Assembly: GCA_964581355.1 (NCBI GenBank)
Contig: CAZOOA010000003.1
Location: 8,503 to 72,502 of the forward strand
Length of the DNA stretch: 64,000 nucleotides
Reading direction: 5' to 3'
Origin: an uncultured Desulfovibrionaceae bacterium
GTDB taxonomy: Bacteria; Bacillota; Dethiobacteria; DTU022; UBA8154
In this document: in pieces, positions 8,621-17,023 of the stretch
Numbering within the stretch: position 1 is the stretch's first letter
How the letters are laid out: each line of letters begins with the position of its first letter
The notes under the pieces: model-generated
What the model saw: the letters and a program-made list of their open reading frames with translations, nothing else
Told to the model about the DNA's origin: nothing
Databases searched by the model: none
Position numbers and translations under genes: made by a program

Positions 8621-9976
8621 TTGGCAGGGTTTTCCCGTAGATTCTGGTTGATGCTAATGATTGCAGCACTGGTGTTGGTTAATACTGGTGGGGGAGCTTG
8701 GGCTTCTTATCAGAAAAAATATCATGGTAACTCCATAGCTCCGGGCACGGAGGTTGCGGGAATTTCCCTGGGCGGGCTGGATAAGGAGGAAGCTCGTGCT
8801 GTCTTGGAACAAGAACTTGTCCTGCCTGATTCCATTTCTGTCCAGTGGGAAAGCAAAAGATTTTCCATTCCCCTAGATAAGGATGTGGCTTCTTTTGACC
8901 TTGACAAGGCCCTTGGTCAGGCACTGCAGGTAGGCCGTTCCGGGGAAAAAAGTGCCGGCTATGATTTAAACTTTATCAGGTGGTTCCCACAGGAAAAACA
9001 TTTGTTTGCCCCCATGGAGATAGCACCTTCTTATTTGGAACAACAGCTTGATGGGATTAAACAGGCTGTGGATAAGGAACCCGTGGATGCTGAGTTGACT
9101 ATCGAAAACTATCTCCCGGATATTAAGGAAGAAAAAAAGGGGGTTTTTCTTGATCGGCAGCAAAGCCAGGAGTCGATTCTAAAACATGTTAGGCAGGGGC
9201 AGTATCAGCAGATCCCCTTGATTGTTAAGAAAACAGCTCCCCAGGTTACTGAAGAAGACCTGCCGGACTTTAGTCAACGACTTGCCTACTACGAGACACC
9301 TCTTGATTTGGAGCAGGAAGATAGAGTGTACAATATTTCGCTGGCCAAAGAAGAAGTAAGCACACTGGTCCTTGAGCCTGGAGAAGTTTTTTCTTTTAAT
9401 GAGATCCTGGGGGAAGCGACGGCCGATAAAGGCTACCGGGAAGTGCTGGTTATTGAAAACCGGCAGTTTGTGCCCGGGGTTGGTGGGGGAATATGCCAAG
9501 TGGCTACAACGATTTACCAGGCTGCATTAAGGGCTGAATTGGAGATTGTTCAACGCAGCAACCACAGTCGGCCGGTGTCCTATGTTCCTTTGGGGTTTGA
9601 TGCAACCATTGCTTACAATAGACTGGACTTGCAGTTTTACAATAACCGAGACTTTCCTGTCATGATGGTAGGCCGGATCAATGAAAGTCTCCGCTTTGAT
9701 TTTTACGGGGCCGAGGCGGATCCTGACCGGGAGATTGAGATCATTGCTGAAAAAGAGGAGGTTTTAGAACCCCGGAGCCTGGAAAAAAAGACAACGAGCC
9801 TCCCTAGAGGAGAGCGAAAAGTTGTTCAGCAGGGCGAGGATGGGTACCGGGTGAATGTTTACCGGAGAATTTATGAAAAAGAAGAGAAAGTGGCACGGGA
9901 ACTGGTTTCTACAGATACATATATGCCGATCAACGAAATTGTTCACATTGGTATAATGGATGCCAGAAGAAAATGA
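8621..9976 (+). CDS. VanW-family exported protein with C-terminal G5 domain
   Basis: Signal/anchor, FSFNEILG, GVGGGICQVATTIYQAAL, RSNHSRPVSYVPLGFDATI (VanW); VVQQGEDG..V.R...SDTY (G5). Confidence 0.88.
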   Translation: MAGFSRRFWLMLMIAALVLVNTGGGAWASYQKKYHGNSIAPGTEVAGISLGGLDKEEARAVLEQELVLPDSISVQWESKRFSIPLDKDVASFDLDKALGQALQVGRSGEKSAGYDLNFIRWFPQEKHLFAPMEIAPSYLEQQLDGIKQAVDKEPVDAELTIENYLPDIKEEKKGVFLDRQQSQESILKHVRQGQYQQIPLIVKKTAPQVTEEDLPDFSQRLAYYETPLDLEQEDRVYNISLAKEEVSTLVLEPGEVFSFNEILGEATADKGYREVLVIENRQFVPGVGGGICQVATTIYQAALRAELEIVQRSNHSRPVSYVPLGFDATIAYNRLDLQFYNNRDFPVMMVGRINESLRFDFYGAEADPDREIEIIAEKEEVLEPRSLEKKTTSLPRGERKVVQQGEDGYRVNVYRRIYEKEEKVARELVSTDTYMPINEIVHIGIMDARRK

Positions 9977-10031
9977 ATTACCTTATTCGCAAAAGAGCTC
10001 GTTTTGTTTGAGCTTTAAGGGGGGGGTTGCT

Positions 10032-11825
10032 TTGTCGTCGTCAAGGAAGAACGGTCAAATTGGTATTGTTGAGGGAAAAATAAAAGTCGTGAACCCTGAA
10101 GGGGAAGGAAAGCCGGCTGTATTATACCCACCCGATGAGGGAGTTACTATTTTGATAAATGGTGAACTGGTTGAAGGTGCCGTGGAGGTCAGGGAAGAGG
10201 ACACAATCGAGGTAAACAAAACATCCCTTTTAGAAGAAGCCAGGATAGATGTCAAAGTTTCCTCCGATGGTCTCTCGGCTACAGCGGCGGTATTTCCTAG
10301 AATAACGGGAAAATATCATTTAAAAGATAAACCAATGTCGGCAAGCTTAAAACCAGAAATTGGAAAAGAAGAATTGTCCGAGCCGGTCCTCACTGTAATG
10401 GAGGCGGAAGCAGAATTAAAGCAAAAGAACGTGGTTGATGGGATCGATTATGTTGCCTTAAAAAATGCCCTGGAAAAGGCTGAAGGAGAGCATGTGGAAG
10501 TTGCCCGGGGAAAGCCCAAGGAAGAAGGGCAAAATGGTTATGTAGAATATTTAATTAATACAGAAGTTGAAGCGATCAACTACGAAGGAGAAGAAGAACG
10601 GGTTGATTTCAGGGAGCGTTATCGCTACCCCTCCGTTAATCAGGATGATGTAATCGCTGTGATTCACCCTCCGGTCAATGGTGTCCCCGGCCAGACAGTC
10701 ACAGGAAACGTGCTACCCCCCAAGCCAGTAAAACCAGCACGGGTTCGCGTGGGGGAAGGTGTTTATTATAACGAAGACGAAACTGAGGTTATTGCTGCCA
10801 GGGATGGACGTTTGTTTGTCAAAGGCAACAGCATCAAAGTTGCCAATCTGCTTGTGCACAATGGTGATGTGGACCTGGAAAGCGGAAACATCCGTTTTAA
10901 CGGGGACTTAACGATACATGGAAACATCATGGAAGGCATGGTGGTGGAAACTCAAGGTGATTTGCAGGTGGAGGGAAATGCTTACGGGGCGAGTATTGCA
11001 GCTGGTGGCAGTGTTTCTTTAAGCAAAAATGTGATTAAGTCGCAAGTTGAAGGTGGAACGTATTATGCATTTATTGACCAGGCATTCCCCATTTTAAGAA
11101 GAGTAGGGGAAGATTTTAGCAGTTTTTTGGTCAGCTTAAAAGAAGTGATTAAAGGTGTTGCTGGCAAAGGGCAAAAAATTGATCAAAACAAATTAAATAA
11201 AATTATCCATGCAGTTTTGGAAAAAAGCGCCCCGGATATTGGTGAGCAAGTAAAAAACCTGGAAAAAATGCTGGAGAATAAAGAAGACCCCCGCCTGGAT
11301 TCGCTTAAAAGCATTATCAGGCTTCTTTCAGCCATGATTGCGACGGATTTGTCCCTGAACGAATTTAAAGACCTGGAAAAGATAGATGCGTCAATTAAAT
11401 CTGCCCTGGACACTTTTGAAAAAACCCTGCAAGAAAAGCCTCACTTTCAGGCATCCTATGTGCAGAATAGCACGATTAACCACGGCGGTCATGTAACCTT
11501 AACAGGAACGGGGGGGTATTTTTCCACTATAAAAGCCGCCGGGGAAGTCAATGTAGAAGGGGCATTCCGTGGAGGCTCCATTGAGTCCGGGGGAAATGTT
11601 AAGGTAAAAGAATTTATCTGTATTACCACTGCGGCGGAGGCGGCAGAAAAACGGACCATTATCCGCATTAAGGTTCCCAGTCATGCCACCATTGCTTTTA
11701 ATATTGTTCATGAAGACACGACAATCCAGGTTGGAAAACTGGTTTATCGTTTTGATAAGGAGTTATCTAATGTTAAAGTTTCCTATGACCCGGATAGCGG
11801 CATGCTTAAAATTACGAACTTTTAG
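10032..11825 (+). CDS. FapA / DUF342 family protein, paralogue 1
   Basis: VARGKPKEEGQNG, DFRERYRYPSV, VHNGDVDLESGNIRFNGDLTIHGNI beta-helix motifs. Confidence 0.85.
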   Translation: MSSSRKNGQIGIVEGKIKVVNPEGEGKPAVLYPPDEGVTILINGELVEGAVEVREEDTIEVNKTSLLEEARIDVKVSSDGLSATAAVFPRITGKYHLKDKPMSASLKPEIGKEELSEPVLTVMEAEAELKQKNVVDGIDYVALKNALEKAEGEHVEVARGKPKEEGQNGYVEYLINTEVEAINYEGEEERVDFRERYRYPSVNQDDVIAVIHPPVNGVPGQTVTGNVLPPKPVKPARVRVGEGVYYNEDETEVIAARDGRLFVKGNSIKVANLLVHNGDVDLESGNIRFNGDLTIHGNIMEGMVVETQGDLQVEGNAYGASIAAGGSVSLSKNVIKSQVEGGTYYAFIDQAFPILRRVGEDFSSFLVSLKEVIKGVAGKGQKIDQNKLNKIIHAVLEKSAPDIGEQVKNLEKMLENKEDPRLDSLKSIIRLLSAMIATDLSLNEFKDLEKIDASIKSALDTFEKTLQEKPHFQASYVQNSTINHGGHVTLTGTGGYFSTIKAAGEVNVEGAFRGGSIESGGNVKVKEFICITTAAEAAEKRTIIRIKVPSHATIAFNIVHEDTTIQVGKLVYRFDKELSNVKVSYDPDSGMLKITNF

Positions 11826-11833
11826 CCCGTTGG

Positions 11834-13300
11834 ATGAAAACCATGATACCTTTTGCTGATATTTTGCTTCAAACGGCCAATCGAAGGAACCTTTCTATTT
11901 ATATCGTGGGTGGCTTTCTCAGGGACCGATTGTTGCAACGTGCAAGCCACGATCTTGACCTGGTTGTCGATCTTGATCCTCGCACGATTGGAATGGAGCT
12001 GGCTGAAGCTACAGGAGGCACTTATTATGAGTTGAACCTGGAGCACTCTGCAGCAAGAGTTGATTTGTTTTGGAATGATCAGTTCTGGCAGGTTGATATT
12101 GGCAGCATTCGGGGGCGCAACATCCAGGAAGATATTCGTAACCGGGACTTTACGGTCAATGCCATGGCTTTACATTTGGAGAAAGCCCTGCCGGGTAAAG
12201 GCTGGGAGCACCATGTGCTGGATCCATTTCAAGGGAAAAAAGACCTGGAGAAGAAATTGCTCCGAGTTGTCGGGGAAGATGTTATCCTCGATGATCCTTT
12301 GCGTATAATCCGGGGCATTCGGTTTGCTTCACAGTTAGAGTTTGAACTGGAAGAGCAAACACAGTTGCTGTTCCAAAAAAATAGAAAATTGCTCTTCCGT
12401 ATTTCCGGTGATAGGCTGAAGATGGAAATGGGGAAGATTCTGGAAAATTCATCAGTAAAATACATTCGCATGATGCAGCGTCTGCGATTACTTGAGACGC
12501 TTTTTCCTTACCTGGAAAAGCTCCTTAAAGATGCAGAAGCCAAAAATGGGCTCAGAGGCTGGGAGCATTCCATGCAAACACTTTACTATTTGGAAAAACT
12601 TGTCAGCGAGCTTTTTTTTACCGAGCCCTGGAAATACGGCTTGGAGCGCTACCTGGCAGAAGAACTGTCGACAGGGTGGCAGCGAGTTAAAACATTAAAG
12701 TTGGCTGCACTGTTTTATAATATCAAAGCTGCAGAAGCCAGTCGGAGCCTGGAGAAAGCAGGCGCGGACTTTTTTCTGCCCAGCAAAACAGGGGGCTACC
12801 TGTTTCGTTACAGCCGCCGACTTCGTTTAAAACGTGTGGAAAGGAACCTCCTGGAAAATGCGGCATCTCTTTATACTGCACCCCTGAAACTGTACCTGCA
12901 TTCATCCAGGACTTCCCGGACCTTGTACCGTTTTTACAGGAACCTGGGTCGTGAAACCCCGGGAATCCTTCTTTTTTCCCTGGCGGATTATTTTTCCCTG
13001 GCTGATTCTCCCCAAGCCAGAAAACAGTTTAACCTGCCCCCAAAGGAAGATTATCGCAACTTTGTCAACAATCTGTTTTCGAGATATTTTATCGACCAAG
13101 AGCGCTATGTTCAGGCCGCTTCCCTGATTACGAAACATGAGCTGCAAACTTTTCTCGGGCTGGAACAGGGGGCAATGGTCTTGGAAATCCTGGAAGCTAT
13201 TGCAGAAGCCCGGGCGGAGGGAAAAATCAAAACCCGCAAAGAAGCCTTTGAGTTGGCAGAAAAAGAATACCGTCGAAGAATTTCTGGTAAAATCGACTAA
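11834..13300 (+). CDS. Class II tRNA nucleotidyltransferase, probable CC-adding type with degenerate HD domain
   Basis: VGGFLRD..HDLDL (DxD), RDFTVNAMA, DDPLRIIRGIRF; very short segment before the RD motif; LAALFYNIK in place of LHDIGK. Confidence 0.8.
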   Translation: MKTMIPFADILLQTANRRNLSIYIVGGFLRDRLLQRASHDLDLVVDLDPRTIGMELAEATGGTYYELNLEHSAARVDLFWNDQFWQVDIGSIRGRNIQEDIRNRDFTVNAMALHLEKALPGKGWEHHVLDPFQGKKDLEKKLLRVVGEDVILDDPLRIIRGIRFASQLEFELEEQTQLLFQKNRKLLFRISGDRLKMEMGKILENSSVKYIRMMQRLRLLETLFPYLEKLLKDAEAKNGLRGWEHSMQTLYYLEKLVSELFFTEPWKYGLERYLAEELSTGWQRVKTLKLAALFYNIKAAEASRSLEKAGADFFLPSKTGGYLFRYSRRLRLKRVERNLLENAASLYTAPLKLYLHSSRTSRTLYRFYRNLGRETPGILLFSLADYFSLADSPQARKQFNLPPKEDYRNFVNNLFSRYFIDQERYVQAASLITKHELQTFLGLEQGAMVLEILEAIAEARAEGKIKTRKEAFELAEKEYRRRISGKID

Positions 13301-13302
13301 TG

Positions 13303-13331
13303 TTGATTTTGCCCGAGGTTTATGATAAAAT
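13303..13331 (+). promoter_or_regulatory. SigA-type promoter of the riboswitch-fapA2 transcript
   Basis: TTGATT (13303-13308), 17-nt spacer, TAAAAT (13326-13331) with TGn extension. Confidence 0.7.
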
Positions 13332-13354
13332 TATTTCATAATTTAATATGTTCT

Positions 13355-13432
13355 TGAAAAAGGCAAACCTGCCGAAAGGCAGGGACGCAAAGCCATGGGT
13401 CTAAAGCGGTGCCAGGACTGCCAGGTTGCCAG
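13355..13432 (+). ncRNA. c-di-GMP-I (GEMM-I) riboswitch
   Basis: GGCAAACCTGCC-GAAA-GGCAGGGACGCAAAGCC...GGGTCTAA...GCCAGGTTGCC: GAAA tetraloop P2, GCAAA junction, GGTCTAA P3, GTTGCC closing P1. Confidence 0.92.
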
Positions 13433-13472
13433 GATGCATAATCCAACTGCTTTTTTTGCAAGCTGACTGATT

Positions 13473-13500
13473 GTAGCCTGGGATGACGGCTACTTTTTTT
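13473..13500 (+). terminator. Intrinsic terminator in the riboswitch expression platform
   Basis: GTAGCC-N9-GGCTAC followed by 7 T. Confidence 0.75.
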
Positions 13501-13644
13501 GTAGCTCAGCACTATTTGTAAGTGAAGCTTTGGGCACGTTTCTGGCGTTTCCGGAGCGCAGCGGATGACCGACAGGGAAAGTGCCAGAAACGTGCACAAA
13601 GCTTCGCGGCATGTCGCACAATTGCATCAAGGCTGAGCAGTTAC
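13501..13644. mobile_element. MITE-like element (family 2) with long internal hairpin
   Basis: Right end GCTGAGCAGTTAC (13632-13644) is the exact reverse complement of 1961-1973; eroded left end GTAGCTCAGC; near-perfect inverted repeat 13524-13552 / 13576-13605; CTTTTT on both flanks. Confidence 0.55.
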
Positions 13645-13681
13645 CTTTTTCAGGATTTCCCAGGAAAGGGGTGTTTAAGCC

Positions 13682-15496
13682 ATGCGTGAAAAGTTCTCTG
13701 CTGAAACCCGTTCAGACCAGGATGGGTATATAGAAATTAAAGATGGCCACGTAACAGTCCATGAAGCGTCCGGGCAGGGCATTCCCGTGATTCTTCACCC
13801 TGATCCCGGGGCTGCTGTTCGAGTGAATGGCAAAGAGATTGATTCTCCCAGCACCCTTAAAGCTTCGGATGTAGTGGAAATTGAACCGCTGGAAGAGACC
13901 GTCTCAGGTTCAGTTGAGGCGAGAATTGCTCAAGATGGCATGAAAGCGGAAGTCAAAGTCAGTCCCGGCCTGCAGATTACAAGAAAGGTAGATGATTTAT
14001 CGGCCCAGGGCGAAGTCTATTTGAAGCTGGAAGAAAACCGCCAAAAATATCCCGATATTTCAGTTCAAGATGTCAATAATGCCCTGGCAGAACAGGGTGT
14101 GGTCTTTGGCCTTGATGCACCTGCCATAGAACAGGCTGTGAAAGAGGCAGCAGATGAGTGGGTGGTTGTAGCTCATGGAAAAGAGGCAGTGCCGGGAAAA
14201 GATGGTTACGTGGAACTCCATGTCGATGTGGAGCTTAAGTCGATAACCCATGATCAGGAAGCCCTGTCCCGGGTAGATTACAAGGAAAAAATAGAAATCC
14301 CTTCGGTCAGTGAAGGAGATCTGCTGGCCACAATCCATCCACCTGAACCTGGTAAACCTGGAAAACGGGTTACGGGGGAAGCGCTGGAACCACCTCCCGT
14401 GGAACCAGTCCAGGTGCAGTGCAAAGAAGGCTGTACACTAAGCCCCGAAGGAGACAAAGTATTAGCTCAAAAGGCCGGGCGACCTGTGGTTGAGGGCAAA
14501 AAGAATGAAAAGTTCACCATCGCTCCCCTATTCGTCCATAATGGTGATGTGGACATGGATAGTGGAAATATTCGTTTTTCCGGTGATGTTAAAATAGCAG
14601 GTGATGTGCATGAGGGCATGCTTATTGAAGGGGCGGGCAGTGTGGAAGTTATGGGCAGTACGGCAGGGGCGCGCGTGTTAGGCGGGCAAAACGTGGTTTT
14701 TCATAAAAACCTGATTAACACAAAGGTTGAGGCAGGGGCGCTGAAAGGGTTATATAAATCCTTACTGCCTCTTTTAAGTGAAGTTGAAGAAACATTATCG
14801 ACTCTGTATTATGGTGTGGAACAGCTGAAAGAAGTGATGACCAGCAGGGGCAAGTCTGTTGAAGAAAAGGAAACCGGCCGCCTGGCCAAACTAATCGCCG
14901 ATAAAAAGTTTGAGCAACTTCCTCAAACAGTGGAGGAAGTCAGCAGCCTCGTTAACCAAACGAATTTTGTGTTACCTCGAATACTAACAGATGCTATCAG
15001 CAGGTACGAAAACCTGTTTAAAGAAATGGGTTTCCTTGATATTCAAAGCAATGAAGAGTTGATGCAGTTGGTCGAAGAAGCTAAGGAAACCAGGGATTTT
15101 GTGGAGCGAACCATGGATGAACTGGTAGGGGATGTAATGGCCAGTTATGTACAGAACTGCACAGTGGTTTCCAGCGGCAATATTACTATAAACGGGCCAG
15201 GCACTTATAATTCTTACTTCTATGCTGGAGGGGATGTTCATATTGAGCGAATTTCCAGGGGTGGAGGGATTACGGCAGAAGGAAACCTCTTTATAGGAGA
15301 AGCGGGTTCGCCAGGCATGGCCATAAAACCGAGGAAAATTCAGCTTTCTTCCAGTTCTGTAGCCAAATTTCGCAAAGTATATGAAAATGTTATTGTTGTT
15401 TTTGGTAAACGGATCCACAAGTTTGAAGAAATGCAAACAAATGTGAAAGTATATTACTCTGCCGAAGATGACCGGATCATAATTATCAATTTATAG
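13682..15496 (+). CDS. FapA / DUF342 family protein, paralogue 2
   Basis: VAHGKEAVPGKDG, VDYKEKIEIPSV, VHNGDVDMDSGNIRFSGDV; collinear with paralogue 1. Confidence 0.87.
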   Translation: MREKFSAETRSDQDGYIEIKDGHVTVHEASGQGIPVILHPDPGAAVRVNGKEIDSPSTLKASDVVEIEPLEETVSGSVEARIAQDGMKAEVKVSPGLQITRKVDDLSAQGEVYLKLEENRQKYPDISVQDVNNALAEQGVVFGLDAPAIEQAVKEAADEWVVVAHGKEAVPGKDGYVELHVDVELKSITHDQEALSRVDYKEKIEIPSVSEGDLLATIHPPEPGKPGKRVTGEALEPPPVEPVQVQCKEGCTLSPEGDKVLAQKAGRPVVEGKKNEKFTIAPLFVHNGDVDMDSGNIRFSGDVKIAGDVHEGMLIEGAGSVEVMGSTAGARVLGGQNVVFHKNLINTKVEAGALKGLYKSLLPLLSEVEETLSTLYYGVEQLKEVMTSRGKSVEEKETGRLAKLIADKKFEQLPQTVEEVSSLVNQTNFVLPRILTDAISRYENLFKEMGFLDIQSNEELMQLVEEAKETRDFVERTMDELVGDVMASYVQNCTVVSSGNITINGPGTYNSYFYAGGDVHIERISRGGGITAEGNLFIGEAGSPGMAIKPRKIQLSSSSVAKFRKVYENVIVVFGKRIHKFEEMQTNVKVYYSAEDDRIIIINL

Positions 15497-15500
15497 TAGG

Positions 15501-16265
15501 TTAATCACCTTTGCCTCCCCATTTGGTGACGATAAAGGCTCCTGCCAGTGCGGCAATAAAAACAGGAATACTTATGTTATCTGGAAACAGTGCGCGTCCT
15601 GACCCAATGATTAAACCGGCGATAAAAAAAGAAAAGAAGGGCCTGTAGCGTTTGTATATTAGGGATATTACCCGTGCCAGGACAATAAGACCCAAACCAC
15701 AACCCAGGGCAAAAACACTCAATGGCAGCCAGGTAAAAAAGCGGAGAAAGCCCAGAATTTCATGGTAAATTCCCAGGATTAGTAAAATAGCGCTGCCTGA
15801 TATTCCCGGAATTAACATGGTTGCGCTGGAGATAATTCCGGCAGCAAAAATAACTGGAAGAGACTCAGGGTTCCCCAAGTGAAACATACCCAGGGGTTCC
15901 AAGGCAATCAACAATCCCAGAAGTGCCCCTCCTGCCAGGTAAAAAATACGTTTCCAGGTAAAAGGGATAAACAACCGGTTATCCCTGTCTTTTAATAACA
16001 GGGGGGCAGAAGCCCATAGTGCGCCCAGAAGAAAAGCATAAGATGGCTCCGGCCAGCTGTCCAGCAGGTGGCTGAAAAAATAGGCCCAAATGACTAGCCC
16101 TCCACCTACCCCCAATCCAAACGTTATATAAGGCCTCAGGTTAAGTGAAGCTATATCCTCCAATACCTGATTGTAAATCCCCATGATTACAAAAGCTGTT
16201 CCTCCACTCATTCCGGGCAAGATCAGTGAAAGGCCGAGAAACATCCCCTGCAGCAATTTTTTCAA
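15501..16265 (-). CDS. DUF368-like integral membrane protein
   Basis: ILPGMSGGTAFVIMGIY and MLIPGISGSAILLILGIY repeated motif; multiple TM segments. Confidence 0.8.
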   Translation of the reverse strand: MKKLLQGMFLGLSLILPGMSGGTAFVIMGIYNQVLEDIASLNLRPYITFGLGVGGGLVIWAYFFSHLLDSWPEPSYAFLLGALWASAPLLLKDRDNRLFIPFTWKRIFYLAGGALLGLLIALEPLGMFHLGNPESLPVIFAAGIISSATMLIPGISGSAILLILGIYHEILGFLRFFTWLPLSVFALGCGLGLIVLARVISLIYKRYRPFFSFFIAGLIIGSGRALFPDNISIPVFIAALAGAFIVTKWGGKGD

Positions 16266-16436
16266 TCCAGTGCCTCCATCCAGTGTCTTCTCATAGAAGG
16301 GAGTTTTTGCATCATGTTATTTTTCTACCTGAGCTTTGAGTATACCTTCTTTAATTGACAAAGAGATTGAGTTATAATAGCATTAAACTGTTAAGCACAG
16401 GTATTAATAAAACCTGGAGCGAAGGAGGATATAATT

Positions 16437-16604
16437 ATGGAAGAAGTAAAAAAAGTGCTGCAGGATTCTGCCCCGGAAGGAAAGCTTCCCTGTATCATGG
16501 CTTTTAAAATAGCCCGGGAGCATAACGTCTCAGTTGCTGAAGTAGGGGACCTTTGTAACGAATTGAAAATAAAGATTGTCAACTGTCAGTTGGGTTGCTT
16601 TTAG
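16437..16604 (+). CDS. 55-aa Cys-rich small protein ending CQLGCF (not in ORF track)
   Basis: AAGGAGG RBS then MEEVKKVLQDSAPEGKLPCIMAFKIAREHNVSVAEVGDLCNELKIKIVNCQLGCF*; four Cys. Confidence 0.8.
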   Translation: MEEVKKVLQDSAPEGKLPCIMAFKIAREHNVSVAEVGDLCNELKIKIVNCQLGCF

Positions 16605-16923
16605 TATGATAAACCGTGTCTTGGCGCTGTCGTCCGGACGACTGGGTAACTCTGTGGAAGGCGCTAAGGTTCCCTCGGGGTCCTCGGGCGGCCTTCCCGG
16701 TTTAACTCCCGTCCAGGTCGATCCCGGCGGCCGACGTCCTGTCGGCCGGACCGCCCGAGGACCTTCGGTCACCAAACGCCTTTGGCCACAGAGACCAACG
16801 TCGCCGGACGAATGCGCCATCTCCCCGGTTAGGGGAGCGGAGTGTTGAAAACCAGATCTTCGATCATAAGCAAGGTTTTTCATCCCCTGTTGTGGCCCGC
16901 GAGGGCCGTGGCGGTTAGTATGA
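16601..16923 (-). mobile_element. Non-coding hairpin-rich element, family 1 copy A
   Basis: TTAGTATGA direct repeat at 16601 and 16915; inverted repeat ATGATAAACC (16606-16615) / GGTTTTTCAT (16874-16883); conserved end shared with 25304-25352 and 58082-58131. Confidence 0.7.
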
Positions 16924-16984
16924 AAAACCGTGTATTGGCGCTGTCGTCCGGGCGACTGGGTAACTCTGTGGAAGGCGCTAGGGT
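16915..16984. repeat. 70-bp direct repeat of 16601-16670 (partial head-to-tail second unit)
   Basis: 66 of 70 positions identical, period 314 bp. Confidence 0.95.
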
Positions 16985-17023
16985 CTGCGGAAGGTGGATG
17001 TAAGAGAAAAGAGGTGCGGCTTT

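Noticed and set aside
16355-16378. Perfect TTGACA and TATAAT hexamers
   Set aside because: The spacer is only 12 nt, so it is not a canonical SigA promoter as written
16530-16883. 117-aa minus-strand ORF (and 16576-16848 plus-strand ORF) in element A
   Set aside because: Pro/Arg/Gly-rich translation of GC hairpins; the minus ORF overlaps the real 55-aa gene; no usable RBS spacing
16601-16984. Moco/Tuco riboswitch upstream of moeA
   Set aside because: The position is suggestive, but the CCUCCCG...GGAAAGG and ACCU..AUGG hallmarks are absent, and the same end motif occurs at non-Moco loci
16601-16984. CRISPR array
   Set aside because: Only two 70-bp repeats with a ~244-bp gap; no cas genes
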